From contig OZ024740.1 in NCBI GenBank assembly GCA_964016885.1, positions 223,262,001-223,326,000 on the forward strand: 64,000 bases of DNA. Reading direction: 5' to 3'. The DNA comes from Eledone cirrhosa (Eukaryota). A program made the translations under genes and the position numbers. The notes below the pieces were generated by a model that saw nothing but the letters and a program-made list of their open reading frames with translations, searched no databases and was not told the DNA's origin. Below, piece by piece: positions 38,895-52,070 of this stretch (its first letter is position 1; each line of letters opens with the position of its first letter).

Positions 38895-40324
38895 TACATT
38901 AATGTAATAACGTTTTGAAGTCATGTTCCAAATGCCAAATTAATGAAAAAGTAATTTTACCCAATCCTTCCAAGTCCTTTAATATTTTAAAAATTAATTG
39001 AAATTTATCAGTAGAGTATTTCATTAAAAAAATGGTCAGGTAAGGGTAAATGAAAACATAATTATTAATTAGATTATAATAGGTATTATATTATTTCTAT
39101 CAATTTTATCAAACATGCAATTTATTTTCCAATTTTCACTTTCTATGTTTAATTCCTTCTTTTTCTCTCAGTCTCACTATTTCCCTATCTCTCTCACTCT
39201 CAGCACACACACTTTCTCACTCATTTTGATGTATTTTTCTGTGTTGAGGTGTGCATAAATTTAAACATATAGATGTGATTGTGCCTGAATGTGTATGTGT
39301 CATTCAAACTTTATAAAACAATCCATGCTGACATAGGTTGGCCATGTTGCAATCATCCAAATTAGTTCTTATTACTGCCCTCCTAAAGGAGTCATATAAC
39401 CATGTGGTGTTTTTATGCTCCATCTTTTTGGCTTCAATTCTATGGTTGGATGTCTCGTAACTTCAATTACTTTACAGAATGTACTGGGTACATTTATCAT
39501 GACACCTTCACTAGGTGATGCAAGGCTAAGAAAAGCTATCTATATCAGAGCTTCAACATTTTCCCAGTTACATAGCATTCTTATAATCAGCTCGGAATAT
39601 GTGCCAGAAATTATATATTATAACTGATATTGTGCTCTGCTTTTAAACATAACACCAAAATTCTTCCTTTCTATCTTAATCATTTCATGACACTATTTCT
39701 TATGAAATATATTCTATTTTAATTAATTAATGAAGAATTTTGAGGAATTTACTAGAATAATTCATTATTCCCTTACTAAGATAGTAGCTTAACATGTGGT
39801 TCTTATTGAAAATTATGTTGGAAGATTTTAATTTAATTAGTAACTCTTTAAAATAGGTGATTTTGTTTCATAGAACCAGATGTGGTTTTGGGTGGGTTGG
39901 TATCAAAAAGGTTACTCGATACAACTACAAGGAGTGTTGATTTCTATCATAAATACAAAGCCTCACATTTTGGGAAAGAGAGTAGTTGATTGAATCCTTC
40001 ATTACTCTTTGCTGGCATCTTATTTTATGAAACCCAGAAGTACAAACGGTAAAGTTAACCCTTGTTGGATTTGTACCCAGAACATAAAAGGATGTATAAT
40101 AATGCCCCAAAACACTTAGACAAACAATATACCAATTCTACCATCAATTACCCTACATAAATATTAAGTAGCAAAAGGGAGGTAACTTAATGATAGATAA
40201 TGAATCAATAAAAAACTATCAAATTTAAGGTTATTAATTTTGGTGTGTTTCAGAATGATACTTTAGTATTTGAACTTAAATTCTGAACCAGACACAAATT
40301 AAGAAGCAATATAAATTAAATTAA

Positions 40325-40977
40325 TAATTGTTTCTACTTTTGGCACAAGGTCAGCAATTATCCAGTGTATTACTGGTACTTTATTTTATCGCCCCCATAA
40401 GGATGAAAGGCAAAGTTAACCTTGGCAGGATTTGAACTCAGAATGGCAAGGGCCGTAACTCTATGCATCAAAAGCCTGGCATCCGACCCTCTACCAATAC
40501 TGCCAATCCACCGCCAGTAATAATGGTTTCTGATTTAGGCACAAGGCCAAGAATATTTTGGGATGAGGAAAGTCAAATAAATCAACCCCAATACATTACA
40601 GGTACTTTGTTTTATCAACCCCTTAAGGATGAAAAGCAAAGCTAACCACAGTGGGATTTGAACTCAAAACATAAAGGGATGTAACTATGCCATGAAACAT
40701 CGTCCAATGTTGTATGGATTCTGACAATCCACTAAAGTAGTAGTAATAATAATTATTATTATTTCCACTATAGGCACAAGGCCAGCAATTTGGAGGGAGG
40801 GGAAATTTGATTAAATTGACCCCAAATGCATTACTGGTGCTTTATTTTATTGACCCTGTAAGGACAAAAAGCCAAAGCTAACTTCTGCAGGATTTTAACT
40901 TAGATCGTAAAGGGCCATAACTATGCCATGAAGCATGTTGTCCAATGCAGTATGGATTCTGCCAATCCACCACCCTA
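40325..40977 (-). mobile_element. Three tandem copies of the tRNA-derived SINE
   Basis: Copies at about 40325-40516, 40520-40735 and 40758-40977, each with GGCACAAGG...GGATTTGAACTC-like...CTGCCAATCCAC-like blocks. Confidence 0.85.
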
Positions 40978-42052
40978 AAATTATAATGATAATAATATAC
41001 TTTAGTTTAATAATGATTTAAACTCATATGTACACACAGCACCAACAACTTGTTTTCTATCAAATTTCTTGCTAAAACAAAGTTTCCCAAAGAGGGTTCT
41101 TCCAAAAAGTTTGGTTTCCACAAATTAGGAGGTCTGTTAAGATTTAAGATGAAATTTATTTATGTATGAATGAATTCTCTAACACAATGTTGTTATATAT
41201 CTTTTTATTCTAATGTCTTATTTTTAAATATGGTATTGAAGATTGTCTGGAAATAGAAGTATAGTGTTCATGGATTTTTTAAAGTTGTATAAGGGTCACA
41301 CAAAAACTAGAAAATGGATGGACTAGATATACTATATCTAAAAAAAAAAAAATTAGTATGTCGTTGAGCATAGGTTTGCTCCATCAAAACTGACCTGGGG
41401 TTAAACAACAACTATGATGACTGGCATTTTATTAATTATAACCAATAATTAAAAACAGTTAAATTTAAACGAGGCAAAATAAAATAAAATAAAAGTGATA
41501 AACTATTTAATGATGCATCAATAAAATTGTGACTGCTATCCTAGATTAGAGATTTTAAAATCAAACAAAAATTTGTAAGTAATGTGAGATAGTAAGATAA
41601 CACACTAAAGTAGAATTTATATATATATATATGCATGTATGTATATAAAGGATTTTATTTGTTTGCTTGGCTATTTTCCAAATAGTTAATCAATGTTTAT
41701 CTTGCCAAACTGCAACAACAAATTAATCAATAAATACTTGAAATAAGTGCTTTCATCTCTAACGATTACAAATAAATGTTTAAGATTTTAAGAATAATGT
41801 TAACCTTAACAATTTGCCTTTAGCAGACAGTTTAATAGCCAAGGTACAACCTGAAATCTATAATTTAGATAAGCATAAAATTGCATTGCCCACATACACA
41901 AACAAACATATATATGCACATACATACATGCATATAATATATACACACTTATATGCACACACATACAAATAAAAATGTATTTTATCACACATATTGCCAC
42001 TGATATCTGATATATGTAAAATAATTAAGAGAATGATTTTGATAATAAAAGC

Positions 42053-42083
<31 letters not shown>

Positions 42084-42089
42084 GCAACA

Positions 42090-42620
42090 ACAATGATTTC
42101 TTTATTAATATTAACCATAAGGGTTTACATAAAATAGACATTAAGCACAGTGCAGGACAATACAGGACGGTACAAATGGGCATTTCTGCATGTAAAAAAC
42201 AAAAACAGAGGATGTAACAAAAAAATAACAATGAAAAATTCCCCAATAGGAGGGAGACTTCGGAGGGACATTTTCGGAGAAAGCCCATTAAAAGGCCACA
42301 GTGACCCTGATCACCAAGGCAAGTGCCCTCTCCAAGTTTTCCACCTTTAATTTACAGACACATACTCAGAGAAGCCCCATTCACTCGGGCCATACTTGCT
42401 TCTCTCACCCATCTTTCAACAAAATGCTGGGAAGAGAGCACTTCCCTCTCTACCCTGATTTTCCTTTTCAAATGAAATTTGAAAAAGTCAATCAGGGCAT
42501 CACCGAAGAGGTAAGTGCTAATCTTCAGCCCTTTCAAACGTGTCCACCATACTATCTCTTTCACCATGGCCACCAGACAGATAAAAACTGCCTGCCCTTC
42601 CCGGCTAAAGGAAGAGGCAA
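42090..42620 (-). mobile_element. 3' end of an L1/Tx1-clade LINE (ORF2 C-terminus plus 3' UTR)
   Basis: GC-richer block; minus ORF LVAMVKEIVWWTR...FFKFHLKRKIRVEREVL...FVERW fits the Tx1/L1 C-terminal pattern; AATAAA followed by a (TTG/TTA)n tail. Confidence 0.6.
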
Positions 42621-42647
42621 CAACAATGACAACAATAAAGATGATAA

Positions 42648-42840
42648 TAATTGTTTCTACTTTAGGCACAAGGCCAGGAATTAAACAGTACATTACTGGT
42701 ACTTTATTTTATCGACCCTGTAAGGATGAAAGGCAAAGTTAACCTCCACGGGATTTGAACTCAGACCGTAAAAGGGATGTAACTATGCTGGAAAGCATGG
42801 CATCCGATTCTCTACCGATACTGCCAATCGACCGCCCTAG
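42648..42840 (-). mobile_element. tRNA-derived SINE
   Basis: Same family blocks as 38703-38894. Confidence 0.85.
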
Positions 42841-43884
42841 ATAAGATAATAATAATGATGATAATAATGAGTACCATCAGGATGGTGAGGAGTGAATGAT
42901 TATTCAGGATTTTCTTATCTTAAGTTGCCTTTTGTCAAACTATTCATGAAATTGCACATTTTCTTTTATCTCAAATTGTTTTCCACTTTGGGCTTAATAT
43001 GCAGAGTTACTTTTAATGTTATTCCAATATAGGTCAGTAGCAGGTGTGATATATCTAAGCACTCATTTTCTGTTTCTCTTTTGATATTACTATTATTTAA
43101 ATCTAGGTTTCTTCTTTCATTTGTTACATACGGCTCATCTATAATTATATCACTTTCATCAAAATTCTGGGAAATATGAATGCTGCAATACTTTCTCATA
43201 ATATTCTTCGTAGACGAACTTCAAATAATTAATTCCTCTTTTATCTATTAATGATAATAACAACTGTACTATTATTAGTTAAATCATTGTACAGTAGACA
43301 CAAACTACAAAATTAAATGTGAATGAATAAAACACATAAACAATTGACAAAAATCTGTTTCTTTCTTAAAAGTTCAATTTGACACCCTGACTGAATTTTG
43401 TTAATTTCTCCTGTCACATTCACAATGACAAAACAAACTCTTGCTTAAATATTGTCTCATATCTAAAGTTAATTTAAATATTTATAGAGTTTTCCTGAAC
43501 AATAGCACAAAATAGGATTGATGCTCTAGAGCAGCACACATTTGATCATGTTTGAATCCTTAAAGCAAGTGGATGCTGCAGAACACACAAGCTGGTTTGA
43601 AAAGAGGCAAAGAAGGGTGAGCCAGCTAAAATGAGGTGAAAACATTATAGAATTATAGGTAAACTATCTGGGAAAAGAGGCTCATCAAATATGCCAGTAA
43701 AAGACAAGAATTGCAAAGTGATTTTGACAGCTGAAGAAAAGACTTCCCATGGGTAGAACACATAATGAACTGGATCAACTGCTTCCAACAGTAGTGTTCA
43801 ACTTTGAAGATGAGCCACATTGGAATGAAGAAATGAGTAATATTAGGGAGTTGGAAAAAGTTTGAGAGAGTGATCAAGGCACTG

Positions 43885-43916
<32 letters not shown>

Positions 43917-43919
43917 CAG

Positions 43920-44770
43920 TGCCTTGGCTTCTATAGTCGTTGGGAGCATCCAAATGCAGAAGCAGCATATATTCAAAATAGTCTATCCATGGTGGCTGTC
44001 AGAAATCTGGTGTAGACATGTGCGTCCATTCTTTGACATTGTCCAACCAACTTTTGCGTTTGCATCCTCTCTTGCATTCACCTTAAATTGTACCTTGCAT
44101 GATGGTCTTGCACAGGCTGTCATGTCGTGTAACATGGCCAAACCATGCTAGTTTCCATCTCTTGACAGTGGCGAGGAGAGGATCCTGGTGATCCACAAAA
44201 CTTTCATTCTTTCTCCGCACATATTCATTGGTTTTCCTTTCCCAATAGGAAATACGGAGGAGTTTTCTTATGCATTTGTTCTCAAATTCAAGGATCCATT
44301 TCTCTGTTTCTGTACAAAGTGTCCAGATTGCACAACCATATAGGAGGATGGAGACTACCAGTGAATTGTACAATCTGTACTTGGCCTGGAAGCTGATTTT
44401 GCTCCTCCATATTCTTGCTAATTTGGCCAGATATCTGCATTGCTGCTACCATCTTTTGACAAGACTGCTCCCATGTATTTGAAACTGTACACTTCCTCCA
44501 ATGAATGTCTGTTCATGATGTGGATGACACAACCTCCATTCCATATGCTCCTGTTTTTCAACTAGTTTGTTGGTCAAGTCTTGGAGCTCATTGTTACTGC
44601 CTGTTATGAGGTTAATGCCGTCTGCAAAACGAAGGTTACAGACGAGTCTACCACTGACAGAGATAGATTGAAGTATCATCATCATTGAGGGATTCTTGCA
44701 TGATTAACTCTAAATCCGGTTGAACAATGTGGGTGAAAGTATGCACCCTGTCTCATGCCTAAGTTGTCCA
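43920..44770 (-). mobile_element. Decayed RTE-like LINE 3' fragment
   Basis: NLRFADGINL, SILLYGCAIWTL, RKLLRISYWE and WFGHVTR in frameshifted ORFs 44083-44685. Confidence 0.8.
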
Positions 44771-44798
44771 AAAGAATTTTATATATATATGTATATAC

Positions 44799-44830
<32 letters not shown>

Positions 44831-45600
44831 TTATAGTAGTATTCAGTTTCCATTAGTGTAATACATTTTTTTAGGTGATTATATAACATGAAACTGAAGC
44901 CACTTCACATTATTTCATTTGGTAAATCATGTGGTAGTTCCACTATAAGGTTGTAAATGTAACAATATATGGAGTATATAAAGACATTTACAAAAATTAT
45001 TATTTAAAGCACCACATTCCAGAATAGTGAATCATCATTTATTGCATGACACCGACATGTGCTTCTTTGCATGTATTATATAATCAGTCTTCGATCGCTA
45101 ATATTTGATTCCTTCAATCAAATTAAATAGAATCCAACCACTCAAAAAATAATATGTAGACACAAAAAGTGTTGAAAGTGGAATAATAACTTTTTCACGT
45201 GTAGAGATATCTAGTCACTATACGAATGCCTGAACATTTGTTTGGATAAATTGTGCTAAATCAAAACCATTCAGTTTTTTAGTGCTTTTTGTTGTGGCAA
45301 TGGCATTGTGGGAGATCAGATGTAGAGCATGTTCAGCTTTCATGCTTGTATGCATAGGTTGGGCAGGCAGGGTGTATCAGGGAGGAGGGTTTGAATGGGG
45401 GACAGGGTGAGGTTTTTTGGTGAAGTTTGAGGGGAAATATATATAGGGTTAAAGAATGTGCCAGACCATCAGTCATATATAACTGTATGGCTATTTCCTT
45501 TATCAATCCTCCCAAATCCCATTAGAGAATTGACAAGCATTATATATTTAATTCACTATTACTATTTGATTTATCAATCACAAGAAATTCCATTTGAAAA

Positions 45601-45806
45601 TTAACCCTTTTGATAAAAAAACTTGTGTTTAAAGTGTTAATCCATGTTACCATTTTTTTAAATCTCTGCTTCCTGCATATATTGATGTAAAAACCTTACA
45701 TCATAATTTTACCTAAGAACCTTAATACTAAATTCATTCAAGTTCTTTTTTATTTCAAAATTAAAAGCAGTGAATTTCATTAAAAATACAGTTACAAAAG
45801 GGTTGA
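45601..45806. mobile_element. TTAA-CCCTTT...AAAGGG-TT(G/A)A MITE (piggyBac-like termini); dispersed family
   Basis: Termini seen here; related ends at 281-293, 3811, 36494, 38008, 39905 and 49262 with shared internal blocks. Confidence 0.55.
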
Positions 45807-48800
45807 CAGACAGTAGAAAGTATGATATTACTACTGCAATGATTTATCAATGTCACGAAAACACATTTACAATTTGACCAACATCACAAATAATCATTTT
45901 GCTATTTACAATTTGATTTGTCCTTCTCAAGAAATACCGTTTGAAAATTAACCAGCATTACAAATTATAATTTCACTATTACTATTTGGTTTATCAATCC
46001 TAAGAAATCTCATTTGAAAATGTCAGTGCTTTCTTTCTACCTAAGTCATCATCAATTCTATGCTTTCTTTATTTTCTTACCAACGATTTTCTCCGCATGA
46101 GCATCCATCAAAGACTTCAAGGAGGTAGCTTTCAATTCCTTTGGTTTCTAAGCACACTTTTAACATATGCAAGCACCTTTGATCTTTCAAGCTGACAATT
46201 CACACTTATTGCACTATTTAGATTTACTTTTCATTCTTCAAAGTCACCATCATAGAGACGTGTACACACCTGACACACATGCATCATTAAAGTTCAAATT
46301 ATGCTGAGAGAACCCTTTCAGAGCTCAATATAGTAAAATTCTGAATTTCTTCCAGCCAACCACTAGAAGAACTTCTCCATCTCCACTCCACGATATTATT
46401 AGCATTAACTTAGCATTAACATTTATGTGAATACCAAGCTAAAAGGAAGTAAAATATTTTTACTAAATGAATCTAAATGATAGGAATTCAATAAAAATAC
46501 TAAGTGATTTTGCATTGTGGCAAACTACTGTCCTAGCAGATTTGCATAAGGATATTAGCATATAGCCTTTAGCTTGTCATTATTTTCAATACAGAACAGT
46601 ATTCTCTATTGTTGCTTGATAATGGATAATGCTTCAGAAATATTGTGTCATTGTTTTAAAGAATCAGTATTTTGAATTACTTGATTTTCATCAATAAGTA
46701 TGAAATAAAAATAGACAAAAAATATCTTTCAAGAAATATAAAGTTTGAAAAAAAGTTTCCAAATCGATACTATATTCTTTCTATTGATCAGGCCTTTGTT
46801 TCTATAGCTTATGAAACAGATTGCAATCTATATATTATTATTGACTTGTCAAGGTGTTTTTGAAGTATTGCAAAAGATAGAACAATTACTTATCCATAGG
46901 GCACTGGTAAATACAATAATGTATGATAGTAGGAGTGGAAATAAATTGCCTTGCTATATCTGTTGTGTTTGATTTTTCTTGGTTATTGTCTGAAGAGTTT
47001 TTACTTCATGTTTTCCATTGTTCCAAAGTACAAATCATGATTGTTCCTTATATATTGTATATTAAAATATTTCTCACAATCAAATCACTTTTGATAATTA
47101 TATGTATTATCAATTAACAGCAGTATCTGTGTATATCATTGTACATTAAACAGTTAAATGCAACAACTGCTATAACAAATATGGGAGATAGACCTATTGT
47201 AATTTTGCTTAGCTCACAAATATTTTAAATCCAAATCAAAAGAACAATTTTCAATAACTATGTTTCTCTAATTATTTATTTATTAAACATATCAATAAGT
47301 TTAACATATCTTTAGCATTAGTAATAATGTAATTATTTCAATAATTTCAGAATTTTAGTTTCAGTTGAAATTTGTTTTTATAACACTTATTACTTTGCTA
47401 TATTACTCTGGTATTTCTTTTGCAATTCTGCATTACAAACAAATTGAAGTAATAAAAAAATGCTTACATCTCCACCATATTTTCTGAATAAAATTTCTTT
47501 ACATAATAGTTATTGCGATTAGCTGCTTTGACATGTATAACTTGAATGTTGGCTTCATTAACTAATAGCTACCATGGCTCATCCATTAAAAAAAACGAGG
47601 GTTGAAATCATCACCAGAAAATGCTTCATTATTACCAATCTAAAAGTAAGCATCAGGAGCTTGATTCAAATCTTAAAGTTTCTTTGTAATATATACTTTG
47701 ATAGGAATAGATCAAACTAAATGTCAATTATTATAATTACTATAATACTATAGTTTGAGATATGAACAGCCAGTCAAGTTGGGCCTTGAGATTATTCAAA
47801 CTGATCAATGTCCATAGTTTGGATTGCTTCTTCTGAAATTGACTAGTTGGTTGTCCCTATAATTAAAACACACAAAATACATCTTAAGAAATACTGCTTT
47901 TAAGGTGGCCAGCTAATAAACCTATGTAGGTTTGAGCCATAACAGCATTATTTTCTGTAATGAAAACTAGCAAGTACTGGGCATTTTGATGGATTAGTGA
48001 AAATCAAAGTGTACATTGTATAGATTATCACGAGTCAACTCTTCAGTAAAAAAAAAATCCTCCAGAGACCAGCTCTGTATTAAACACAGGTTGTTGCTCT
48101 CTTGACCTCTCAAAAGTGATCAAAACAAACAAATCTGAGCAAGCTCAACCAAATGAGTTTCAATCATATCTTTTTGGCAGATAGATATGCTTCATGGCTA
48201 GTGATGTTCTCCATACAAATGTTTTAACTGACTGCCAGTTACAAAATTCAGAATTAATAATTATTTTCAAGAGAAAATTATACGTTTTTAATATCACCAC
48301 ATTTCCATACTCTCTTTTATTTTAGTAATATTTATTATTTCATTGCCATGTTCTTTATTTCATTATCTTATTTTAGAATGTCACACTCTTTTGAGATTTA
48401 AAACAAATAGTTATCTTTAAGACAGAGCTCCTTATTAGGGTTGCATGAAATGTTGAGATTTTATCTGTTTTGTTTTTAGTTTTTCCAATAAATTATCCGG
48501 TGTATGTTTGATGGTATAATGTCAAGGTTGAAACAGGAAGGCTATGAAAGCACAAAATGCCGACAATTCTTCAAAAATGTAATTCCTCACATGAGAGAGG
48601 TTGTCCTGAGAAAAGACATTTCAGCCATCATTAGATTGCACAGCAGTTAGGATTATCTAAAGTACCGTGCTCAATTTCCTATGGAAATCCTCTTTGAAAT
48701 GACATTAAATGATAGAGTGCCAAGTACAGGTTGCTGCACATCAGGCTCAAAAGTTGAAGGCAGAAGGCTTTATACAACATGTTCAAAGATTACCTTACGA

Positions 48801-49444
48801 AATGCTTTTGTGTGAAAGCAGAATGTACAAGATTACAATGCTGCTAAACTCAAAACAGAAATAAATGTAGAGAATGTCATGGAACTGACACCTAAAACCT
48901 TTGATTATTTATTATCGTGTTATTTCCTAGCCTAAGAAAAATATTTTTTTCATTTCTGAAGGTCATATTGGAAGACAATGAATGGAACATAAACCAATTG
49001 TTAAACAGAATGTTTATTAAAAACCATTACATACCTATAACACTCTCATTACAATATATCTAATGAAACACACTATTTTAATTAATGAAGGAAGGATTTT
49101 GAGTGAGTTACTAAAATTATTAATTATTTTATTATGAAGATAATAACTTAACATATAGCTCTCATATAGAATTATGTTGGGAGGTTTTAATTTTTATAGA
49201 AACCCTATAAAATGGATGGTTTTGTTGCATAGAACCAAAGCTGGTTTTGGCTAGGTTTGTATCAAATGGGTTAAATTTCATGAGGACAGAACAAAGAATC
49301 ATATGACCAAAGATACAGTAACTTGACTATAAGATAGTAACATCCTTATAATTTATTAAACATCTAAGAATTCACACCTCAAGGATTTATTGTATTTGAA
49401 GGTTGTAGCTATTTTAATCCTTACCATAATGTGCAAAAATAACA

Positions 49445-49735
49445 TTTATAAACACTCAGAGATTGTTTTTACTGTTTTACCAGGAAGGGAAGAGCAATGA
49501 CAATGACATTTTTGGGGTCCTCCAAATGTGGTGGAAGTGTAGGAGATAAATTCAAACCCGAACTGAGTGAATTCAGCTAAACACACCCATGTTTCTCTGA
49601 TAGTTAGAATCCCATTCTTCTTGAAACAATCATAGAAGCAATTGCAACACAAATGACCCATTTGTTGAAATATATTGAAAGGGTTGGATATCACTTTGAA
49701 CAATTCTGATTTCTCGTTTCTTACAGACATATTTG
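49445..49735 (-). pseudogene. Possible Penelope-like RT thumb/linker remnant
   Basis: FKKNGI... followed in another frame by PKNVIVIALPFL; weak. Confidence 0.3.
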
Positions 49736-51263
49736 AGTTTGGTTTTATCAGGTATTCGGTATCATCATTACAAATGATACTAATAAATCAAGTATAAAAA
49801 TAACAACACTGCCAACACTCATCAATTTTATGATCATCATAATTATCATCCTTGATGGTAAAAGTTAGGTCTGTTAACCATATAAGAGGTGTAGATTGAA
49901 GTGAAAGGTATGGTTTCCTTTAAAATTTGTATATTTCACCATGTATAGTCACACTCATTATGGTCAGGTCAAGTTTCTGGTTCTGGTATTGGTATCATGC
50001 AACCCAGTACAAACAGTTTCATGGTTAAGTGGTTAGTGACTAAACTGGCTCCCTCACTAGACCTCGTCTGGTGAGGTGGGTAAGTGGAATCCCAGCAGCA
50101 CAAAAAACAAAGGCTGGGAAGAGGAACTCCTCAGAGTTAGCGTCCATCCACCCTAAATATGGGTTAAATAGTCTCACCAACCTGCAATTGACCAAGTGTG
50201 GTGAATACAGATACACCCCTGATGTGACCAAACAGAAAGAAGGGGAGGTCAACCACAGAGAGGTTCCTCCAACAGGAGTGAGAGGGCCCTGGATTGCATT
50301 AGATTAATACCAATATAGTGCCCATTTTAAGGCTATGTTTTATGGCTGGGTGCCCTTCTTAGTGCCAACCATGCTAGTTACCTCTTATGACATTTAGAGA
50401 TATGGTGTACATATTCTAAAGCAGATAGGAGAAATAGACTGAGATGGTTGGGTCATGTGCTAAGTAAAGATGGAGTGACTGGGTGAAAAGAGTGATAGAA
50501 GTGAATATCGAATGTTGCAGAGAAAAGAAAGAGCAAGAAAAATATAGCAAAAAGATGGAAGAGGAAATGAAAGCCAGGGGTTTTGATAGTAAGGGATACA
50601 GAGGATAGTGCAAATGAAGAAGATTAATCATGAGGCCTTAAAACTTTTGTTGCATATCCCAAATCGACACAAGGATAAATTATTGTATTCAAAACTGCCT
50701 GCTTCATATTAAGCCATAGAATAGTGTATGCTATTAAAACTTACTTAAGTAAATCTCTTTTACCATTCTCTCCACATGGTCAAGTTATCTCAATCACATG
50801 TATGTATGTTAGAATGACAACTACCTCATTTTCATGATTTATAGCTATTGATTCTCTCCCTCTCGCACACTTGTAACGATATTGCCTACATAACCACCTC
50901 TAATGAAGCTGTGCTGTAATCCTCAGGTGTTATATTCTCATTCACTACTTAACTTGATGGATATATAGCTGAATCATCCCAATTTACAGTCTTTGTAAGA
51001 GCCCAATTCTTAACTACCTTCCTGTTCTGAATTTATTAATTACTTCGCTTGGCTATACATTTTTATTTTAATGCCTCATTTTACAACTGATTTACAATAT
51101 ACTGACAGTCTAGCCAGTCAAACTGTACATTCAGCATGTACTTATACTGCTTCTCCTCTCTCTATCGCCCATCTATATATTCTTCTGATAAGCATAATGA
51201 ACGTATATACATATAGTGATTCAGTCTATATTTATTATTTTGGTGCTCATTACTGCTCATTAT

Positions 51264-51448
51264 ATGGATTGGTAGTATCAGTAGAGAGTCGGACGTCATG
51301 CTTTGACGCGTAGAGTTATGGCCCTTTCGATTCTGAGTTCAAATCCCACCGAGGTCAACTTTGCCTTTCATCCTTACGGGGTCGATAAAATAAAGTACCT
51401 GTAATGTACTGGGTATTTGCTGGCCTTGTGCCAAAAGTAGAAGCAATT
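51264..51448 (+). mobile_element. tRNA-derived SINE
   Basis: B box GAGTTCAAATCC plus family body and 3' end. Confidence 0.85.
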
Positions 51449-51489
51449 ATATCTCTCTCACTACACACACGCATATAGAAAAATACATA

Positions 51490-51562
51490 AATATACACAC
51501 AGATATATATATATATATATATATATGTACATGTATATGTACATATGTATATATATATATAT

Positions 51563-51614
<52 letters not shown>

Positions 51615-51843
51615 CCATACATATATATGTACATATATATATATATATATATACATACACCTATAGATATATATGTATATATATATATACACACATACAT
51701 ATATATGTACATATATATATGTACACCTATACATATATATGTATATATATATATACACACATACATATATATGTACATATATATATATACACACATACAT
51801 TTATATGTACATATATATATATATATATATACACCTATACATA

Positions 51844-51886
<43 letters not shown>

Positions 51887-52005
51887 CTATACATATATAT
51901 GTATATATATACACACATACATATACATATATATGTACATATATATATATATACACCTATACATATATATGTACATATATATATATACACCTATACATAT
52001 ATATG

Positions 52006-52038
<33 letters not shown>

Positions 52039-52070
52039 ATATATATGTACATATATATATATATATATAC
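51490..52070. repeat. Compound TA/CA microsatellite array
   Basis: Direct inspection; recurring TACACCTATACATATATATGTA motif. Confidence 0.95.

Noticed and set aside
42966-43199. 77-aa minus-strand ORF
   Set aside because: AT-rich, no motif and no supported splice sites.
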